A DNA stretch of 64,000 nucleotides, from contig JAVEXO010000008.1 of the NCBI GenBank assembly GCA_034003955.1, positions 894 to 64,893 on the forward strand, in the 5' to 3' direction. The stretch's first letter is position 1, and every line of letters starts with the position of its first letter. This document shows positions 56,006-64,000 of this stretch, piece by piece. A model generated the notes under the pieces. That model did no database searches and was not told the DNA's origin. It saw only the letters and a program-made list of their open reading frames with translations. This DNA is from Spirochaetia bacterium (GTDB lineage: Bacteria; Spirochaetota; Spirochaetia; Treponematales; UBA12059). Made by a program: the position numbers and the translations under genes.

Positions 56006-56446
56006 ATGGATGAGCCTTTCGTTGGCATTGAGCTAGATGATGGAGCGACGGCGCCTGAGTATCAGAGCGACGGCGCAGCCGGGGCAGACGTACGGGCACG
56101 GCTATCTTCTCCTGTTACCATAGAACCCGGCCTTCGTGCCATGCTTCCTACTGGTTTGCGCATACGTCTGCCGTCTGGCTATGAAGCACAACTGCGTTCG
56201 CGCTCCGGTCTTGCGGCTAAGCATGGAGTGGCTTGCCTGAATTCCCCTGGTACCATTGATTCTGACTATCGCGGAGAGATACAGGTGATACTCCATAACC
56301 ATGGCGATGCTGCCTACACCGTTACTGACGGAGACAGGATAGCTCAGCTCGTCATAGCACCCGTGTGCAGGGCTCGCTTTCAGCCGGAATCGCTGTCGAT
56401 TGACAGCGCCCGAGGCTCCGGTGGCTTTGGCTCGACGGGAAGGTAG
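56006..56446 (+). CDS. dut: dUTP diphosphatase
   Basis: The dUTPase motifs are [37 protein letters not shown] and the C-terminal [10 protein letters not shown]. Confidence 0.92.
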   Translation: MDEPFVGIELDDGATAPEYQSDGAAGADVRARLSSPVTIEPGLRAMLPTGLRIRLPSGYEAQLRSRSGLAAKHGVACLNSPGTIDSDYRGEIQVILHNHGDAAYTVTDGDRIAQLVIAPVCRARFQPESLSIDSARGSGGFGSTGR

Positions 56447-56449
56447 GCC

Positions 56450-57720
56450 ATGAACAGACGCGTCCACACTACCATGTGGTCGTACATAAGCAAGGAATTC
56501 CTCCTGTCGTTCATAGTCTCCTTTCTGTTCTTTTTTATAATATTCTTTATAAACCAGTTGCTCCTCATGGCAGAGGAAATACTCGCCAAGAAGGCTCCTG
56601 TCATGGATGTCGTTCGCCTGGTTGTCTATGCGACACCGGCGATAATAGCCATGTCCTTTCCCTTTGGTTCACTCGTTGGGGCTCTCATGGCGTCAGGACG
56701 GCTAGCAAGTGACAATGAGCTGCTTGTGATGAGGGCCTCAGGCGTATCCAGGCCAACAATCATGGTGCCCTTCTTGGTGCTTGGCTTGGCCTTTTCCCTT
56801 GTATCATTTGTCATGAACGACTATTTTCTCCCCTTGGGCACGATTAACTATAGTAAATTATACAGGAAGCTAATAACAACATCGCCTGCCTTGGAATTAA
56901 AACCATATTCTGTAAAGCGTTACAGGGACACGACAATAGTCATGGGAGCGATGGAAGAAGGCATTATGCTCGACCTTGTCATTCTTGATACCACCGGAGA
57001 AGGAAAGTCTCGTATCATCAATGCGGGCAAGGCCTCTCTTTTGGACCGGGGCGAGGCAACAGGCGTTATATCACTCATACTAAAGGATGTCTTCGTCCAG
57101 GAAAGTGACCCAGGTAAGCCTGAGCGTTTTGAATACTCTAGTGCCGATAGGATGGAATATAACATCCTCCTAACCAGCTTCGCCGATTTTAGTTCTGGAA
57201 TAAGCCCCAGGGAGATGAGTAGCGTCGACGTAGCGTCTGCCATAAAGAAGAAACAGGCCGGGCTGAACGCTCGTATCAAGGCCAGGGCAGCTGAATTAGG
57301 CGATAAACGCGCGGCCATGCTCTCTGCTTACCTATCGGCGTCTACGGGTTTGCTGAGCCTCGACAGTGGAATGTCTCGATTGAACCCCCTCAAGGAGGCT
57401 CATGACAGTCTGGCTAACAAGGTCATAAAGGACCGCTCCCTCGATATATACCGCCTGGAATATTATAAGAAATTTTCCATTCCTGCCGGAGCCCTCTGCT
57501 TCGTATTTTTAGCGTTTCCCCTTGGCTCCAGGGCAAGGAAGAGTGGGCGTGCCGTAGGATTTGGCCTGGGCCTCCTCGTTGCCGTCGTCTATTGGGGTCT
57601 GTTGATAGGTGGCCAGACTCTAGGTCTGAGAACCGGCTTTGATCCTTTCTTGGCCATGTGGGCACCCAACATACTCATACTATTGCTTGCCTTGCCATTC
57701 CTTCTGCCGGGCCGCTCGTC

Positions 57721-57724
<4 letters not shown>
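56450..57724 (+). CDS. lptF: LptF/LptG-family permease (YjgP/YjgQ)
   Basis: The N-terminus is SYISKEFLLSFIVSFLFFFIIFFINQLL. Three N-terminal TMs, a central periplasmic domain and three C-terminal TMs are present. It is paired with a second family member. The F versus G assignment is arbitrary. Confidence 0.72.
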
Positions 57725-59980
<2,256 letters not shown>

Positions 59981-59984
59981 GAGT

Positions 59985-61316
59985 ATGCATACAAGATCTA
60001 TTGTCTTTGTGGTAGCCTGTCTTTTCATTGCGGTGCCTGGCGCACAGGAAAAAGCCTCGCCTGAATCTTCCAAGCGGCTGGACACGCTGCGCTATGGAAT
60101 AGAAACACAGGTTATAGAGCTACTCGACACACTCAAGTCAGAGAAGAATACCGACTACGCCAAGGAAATTCTCTCGGTATTCGATGCCTCGTCGAGTCCA
60201 AAGCTTAGAACAGCCATATTCCAGTACCTTGGCTCTATGCAGCTGGATGACGCCGAGTCAAGAGGACTCGATATCATCAGCGATAGAGATAATCAGATTG
60301 AGGCACTGGTTCAAGCGGCTTTTTCCTATTTGCATACAATTGAATCAAGGATTGCCCTCAAGGAAGCCCTTGCCATCCTTGACGAGGGTGATAAACGCTA
60401 CCTTACGAGCGCCATCAAGGCGATAGGCGGATCGGGCGGAGAGAATGAAGCCTCCGCTCTGGTCAAGGCCTATGAAGCCGACGATGTGACACAGGCCACA
60501 AAGGAAGCCATAGTCTTAGCTCTGGGTGCCATGAAGGCTAGCTCTGCATTTGAACTCCTTTCGGGCATAGTCTCATCTGATGAATCGGGCAAGGCCATCA
60601 GGATGTTCGCCTGCACGGCTCTTGGAGAGCTCGGTGATGAGAAGGCCGTAGCAATCCTGGTGAGAGCCACAAATTCCACTGACCCAAACGTGAGAGCCGC
60701 GGCACTGGCTGCGCTTGGCAAGTATTCTACGGCAGAAGCCAGAATGGCCATGAGGGAGAGTCTCCGCGACACCCATGTCCTACCAAGAATTGCCGCAGCC
60801 AAGGCTGTAGGAGAGCAGGCAGATGTAGAGGCTATTCCATATCTTGAATACAAGGCTTCATACGATCCAGAGAAGGCGGTTAGGGAGGCTTCAATCAAGG
60901 CTCTCTCAGACATCGGCGGTGATCGTGTCGATGCCTTCCTTTCAGGTTTCTTTTCAGAGGCAAAAAATTCCTTAGCCTATAGGGCTGCAGCATTAAGCGC
61001 TGTCGTCTCCAAGTCTGGGCAGGGCGCCAGAAGCAAGGCCCTCGAGGCATTCGCCGCCGCTCAGGAAGAAAAGGATCGCACAGTATTCACGGCCTTCGCC
61101 AGGGCACTTGTGGCTCTAGACGATAAGAATGCCGTTCCGTTTATAGCTCTGATGCTGGGAGACAAGGAAATTTCTATCAGGCTTGGAGCACTGGCCTGGG
61201 CTGAACGTAACACCTCAAAAGCATTGGAGGATACTATAAAGGTATTATCTGAAAACGATTCAAACGACGCGGTAAGGAAACGAGCGGACAAGGCTTTGGA
61301 ACGTCTGGGTTCCTAG
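59985..61316 (+). CDS. secreted HEAT-repeat (PBS-lyase-like) protein
   Basis: The signal peptide is IVFVVACLFIAVPGAQE. Repeated 30-aa helical units follow, of the type ...RAAALAALGK..., ...RIAAAKAVGEQ..., ...VREASIKALSDIG..., ...IRLGALAWA.... Function is unknown. Confidence 0.62.
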   Translation: MHTRSIVFVVACLFIAVPGAQEKASPESSKRLDTLRYGIETQVIELLDTLKSEKNTDYAKEILSVFDASSSPKLRTAIFQYLGSMQLDDAESRGLDIISDRDNQIEALVQAAFSYLHTIESRIALKEALAILDEGDKRYLTSAIKAIGGSGGENEASALVKAYEADDVTQATKEAIVLALGAMKASSAFELLSGIVSSDESGKAIRMFACTALGELGDEKAVAILVRATNSTDPNVRAAALAALGKYSTAEARMAMRESLRDTHVLPRIAAAKAVGEQADVEAIPYLEYKASYDPEKAVREASIKALSDIGGDRVDAFLSGFFSEAKNSLAYRAAALSAVVSKSGQGARSKALEAFAAAQEEKDRTVFTAFARALVALDDKNAVPFIALMLGDKEISIRLGALAWAERNTSKALEDTIKVLSENDSNDAVRKRADKALERLGS

Positions 61317-61337
61317 GCCTTGTCTGTTCTGAACATT

Positions 61338-63335
61338 TTAGTCGACCGGTTTTCCAGAGTCGGACTCAGTGGTGTCGGCTGATTCGCCTGCGTTGAAGCT
61401 TTCGGGTAGACGCCATAGGCCTGGTGTCTCTATGCAGTGCAGTATCTTGTTTAACCTATCTACGGGTGCTTCGTAGCGTTCAAAGCGTATCACGAGTTCT
61501 TTCCCTCGTGCCGTCAGTATCCGTATGTCCTTATCAAGACAGGCTTCGATTGGGCCATCATAATCAGGGAAGAACTCGGGCCGTGCCGGAACGAGGGTAG
61601 CGCCCTGTCCATCATAGTATAGATGGGCTATGCGTCTTGGTACCGGCAAGAGGAATACAAGGAAATCGCTCGAACCACCCCCTACGCTTGATCGGCCTCC
61701 GGCGTGCATCGCACGTATATTGCGTTTGCCAATATTGGGATTCTGTCCATGCACCCTGAACAGTATGCGGGTAGAACCGTGTCTCACAACCTTAGGCTCG
61801 TAGTGAACGGGCGCCTGTTTTGCTACGGGTATTTCAGAACGAGTTTCGGCGAGAGGCAGGCTTCTTCGGGGTTCGCTAGAAGTATTCCATGCCTCAAGAA
61901 GTGAAGACGCCCTTGATTCTGGGCCTCTTGTAGAATCGGCGTTTGACGCCGCCGCCGGGATACTGGCCGCTGTGGCCTTAGTGTCATTAGCTTGTGTCTT
62001 TCCAAATGTCGTTGGGGCCTCATGCCGCGTGGTTTCCTGACTCGTGCCGAGTGCCTTGTGACTAGTATCCTTTGATGCGGCAAGTAGGGCGGCCGCCGAT
62101 CTGGATACTGCAGCATCGCCATGTCGATTCTCTTCTAGCGCTGATGATCGCGGGGCGGCAGAATCGAGGAAGGCCTCCACGATTGGCTCTTCTGCCTTAC
62201 GGTGGAGACGACGGAGATACAATACGACCAGTATGATAAGGGTGCAGGCAATGGCCAGAATGACGATGAATAGGGCTACCAAGGCTGAATTTCTAAAGAA
62301 CGCCGCAAGAGGAGCCTTCTTTATCTCTACTGATACAGTGGATATGGCTGGAGCAACCCTGATGCCATCGGCGAATCGGGGTTCAAGAGACAGCATTATC
62401 TTGCCTTCTGGTAAAGATTCAGGCAGGAGGACCTTAAGCGTGAGCCTGGAGCTTTTCCCTGGTGCCAATTCTGCGAATACCTTATTGGTCAGTACATCGC
62501 TGCCATCCTCAAGGAGGAGCCGTGATAACTCAAGGGACAGAGAGCGAGAACCACGATTGCTCACATCAACGGCCATTGAGAAGGCATAATCCTTTACGCC
62601 AAGATCTGAAGGAAAACGTATCAGTGGAAGATCCACAGAATCTACGACAGACGCACTGGCATCGCTTGGATCGAATGTCTGTATAGAGGTGCCAACGGCG
62701 GAAGCCACATCCGAAAGATAATCTCCCGAGCCAGGAGAGGTAGAGCCGGATTCTCTTCCTCGTTCTGCATCTCCTGAGCCGGCAGAAGCTGTAAAGGCAC
62801 CATCGAAGGGCACCCTGACGATGCGCATTGTCCAGCCATGTTCCTTGATTCTTGCCGCCGTGCGTTCTATCTCATTCTTGACACCAGAAGAATCAAGATC
62901 GGCGTATTGGGATCCTGTAGCAGGGGAGTGCAGGCCGTCGCTTATTAGAATAATATGCTTGATACTATTTTCAGGCAGGTCGGAGACATAGCGGTAGACA
63001 TTCTTTAAAGCAGTCACAAGGTCTGTATTCTTGCCGAGAGGGTATAACAGGTATAGCCGTGCAACGACGCTCCGGAGGTCTTTCTCTGTTCTCAGTACCT
63101 GGGCAATTTCTACCTGGGTCGAATCGGAGAAAGAAAGCAGGTGGAACGCGTCGCCAAAGCGCAGATATTCCTTGACCGTTTGAGATAGCACGTAGTCTAC
63201 GACCTGATTGTAGTACTGAGACATGCTTCTTGAAGAATCAAGAAGCACGACAACATCGACTCTCTCCTGAGCTACAATACCAGGAACGCTTATGGCTATT
63301 GCTAGAAGAGCGACAATCCCAATACGTTTCGTCAT
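61338..63335 (-). CDS. membrane protein: periplasmic von Willebrand factor A domain, one TM helix, Ser/Ala/Thr-rich linker, FHA-like cytoplasmic C-terminal domain
   Basis: The signal peptide is MTKRIGIVALLAIAISVPGIVA. The MIDAS-type motif is VVVLLDSSRSMS. The TM helix is ALVALFIVILAIACTLIILVVLYL. The C-terminus RILFRVHG...GGRSSVGGGSSDFLVFLLPVPRRIAHLYYDGQGATLVP loosely resembles an FHA core. GAGGGA lies upstream of ATG 63335. Confidence 0.68.
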   Translation of the reverse strand: MTKRIGIVALLAIAISVPGIVAQERVDVVVLLDSSRSMSQYYNQVVDYVLSQTVKEYLRFGDAFHLLSFSDSTQVEIAQVLRTEKDLRSVVARLYLLYPLGKNTDLVTALKNVYRYVSDLPENSIKHIILISDGLHSPATGSQYADLDSSGVKNEIERTAARIKEHGWTMRIVRVPFDGAFTASAGSGDAERGRESGSTSPGSGDYLSDVASAVGTSIQTFDPSDASASVVDSVDLPLIRFPSDLGVKDYAFSMAVDVSNRGSRSLSLELSRLLLEDGSDVLTNKVFAELAPGKSSRLTLKVLLPESLPEGKIMLSLEPRFADGIRVAPAISTVSVEIKKAPLAAFFRNSALVALFIVILAIACTLIILVVLYLRRLHRKAEEPIVEAFLDSAAPRSSALEENRHGDAAVSRSAAALLAASKDTSHKALGTSQETTRHEAPTTFGKTQANDTKATAASIPAAASNADSTRGPESRASSLLEAWNTSSEPRRSLPLAETRSEIPVAKQAPVHYEPKVVRHGSTRILFRVHGQNPNIGKRNIRAMHAGGRSSVGGGSSDFLVFLLPVPRRIAHLYYDGQGATLVPARPEFFPDYDGPIEACLDKDIRILTARGKELVIRFERYEAPVDRLNKILHCIETPGLWRLPESFNAGESADTTESDSGKPVD

Positions 63336-63403
63336 GATGAAATCCCTCGGGCTTTTTTGTCTACCGGGAACCACCCTATGGGGTCCGGTTCCCGGCACAA
63401 TCG

Positions 63404-64000
63404 TTATAAGGTGCTAGCCTGTATCGTCTTAACCGTATAAGAGAATTTTCTCTCGTGGATGACGAACGTAAGCTGGTCACCAACCTTGTGGTTCATGAGT
63501 CTTTTGCCGAGCGGTGAGAGGTATGATATCACGTGGTTAGAAGGATCGGATTCCCAGGGGCCAAGGATAATATACTTCTCGTCCTCATTTTCAAGTTCGT
63601 TATGAAGGATAACCTCGGTGGCGAATGAAATTTTACTGGTCGTTATCGTTGTTGTATCGAATATCTGTGCACGCTCAATCTCGTTCTTGAGCTTTCCAAC
63701 CTTGGCATTAAGCTCATCCTGCTTTTCCTTGGCAGCCTTGTATTCCGAGTTTTCCCTGAGGTCGCCTAGAGAAAGCGCAAAGGCTATTTCCTTCTGGTTG
63801 GCGGGCACATCCACTTCCATGATATGGCTCAAGAGGCGGGTTTTCTCTTCATACATGGCTGCCGTGACCATGAGGCCGCGGGAGACAACAACTCTCTCCT
63901 CGTCATCGTTGAATTTAAAGTCTGGATACTTCTCTAGTACCTGCTTGCGAAGTTTAAGCTTCAAGGCGGGGTCTAGATCCTTGACATCGCTTATGAGTGC
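63404..64000 (-). CDS. greA: GreA-family transcription elongation factor, C-terminal part of a longer protein (5' end beyond window)
   Basis: The coiled-coil motif is GDLRENSEYKAAKEKQDELNAKVGKLKNEIERAQI. The C-terminal globular domain reads ISFATEVILHNELENEDEKYIILGPWESDP...ISYLSPLGKRLMNHKVGDQL. The frame stays open to nt 64000, which implies an N-terminal extension. Confidence 0.8.
   Translation of the reverse strand, partial: ALISDVKDLDPALKLKLRKQVLEKYPDFKFNDDEERVVVSRGLMVTAAMYEEKTRLLSHIMEVDVPANQKEIAFALSLGDLRENSEYKAAKEKQDELNAKVGKLKNEIERAQIFDTTTITTSKISFATEVILHNELENEDEKYIILGPWESDPSNHVISYLSPLGKRLMNHKVGDQLTFVIHERKFSYTVKTIQASTL

Overview
This window is a densely packed housekeeping chromosome segment, roughly 97% coding by my coordinates, with about 56 protein genes and one tRNA. 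Many neighbouring genes overlap by 4-20 nt at their stop and start codons. I saw no rRNA, CRISPR array, transposase, integrase, phage genes or recognisable defence system.

Gene content and order point to a spirochete-like diderm. This is an inference with no database check. The supporting arrangements are ispE-spoVG-tRNA-rplY, tilS-ftsH, tamB-bamA-skp, rimP-nusA-infB-rbfA-truB-ribF-rpsO-pnp, lptF-lptG-tgt, cheR-cheB-cheY, and a GreA-type factor with a long N-terminal extension running off the 3' edge.

Other recognisable genes are an LCP-family protein (5' partial), rsfS, a sulfonate/nitrate-type ABC importer, mcsA/mcsB-like/clpC, an NFACT/RqcH-like gene, secA, nnr, a Nudix hydrolase, xseAB, a HIT protein, thiamine pyrophosphokinase, tmk, mutS, comF, an M16 peptidase and dut.

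I do not see a clear-cut novel multi-gene system, and most of the window is ordinary core genome. The observations most worth a second look are:
1. A Firmicute-style mcsA-mcsB-clpC operon without ctsR, in which the McsB homolog has lost every canonical phosphagen-kinase catalytic motif and looks like a pseudokinase.
2. A 104-aa hyper-acidic D/E/F-repeat protein.
3. A ~104-nt purine/pyrimidine-asymmetric imperfect palindrome between secA and rqcH.
4. A promoter plus terminator-like hairpin abutting the rimP start codon, a possible NusA attenuator.
5. A cheR-cheB-cheY trio followed by a REC-PAS-HK-REC hybrid kinase instead of cheA/cheW.
6. Lineage-specific add-ons or decay in core proteins: GYQGQRP repeats in IF2, a zinc ribbon on NusA, and a degenerate riboflavin-kinase half in RibF.

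All calls come from reading the translations and the DNA by eye. No searches were run.
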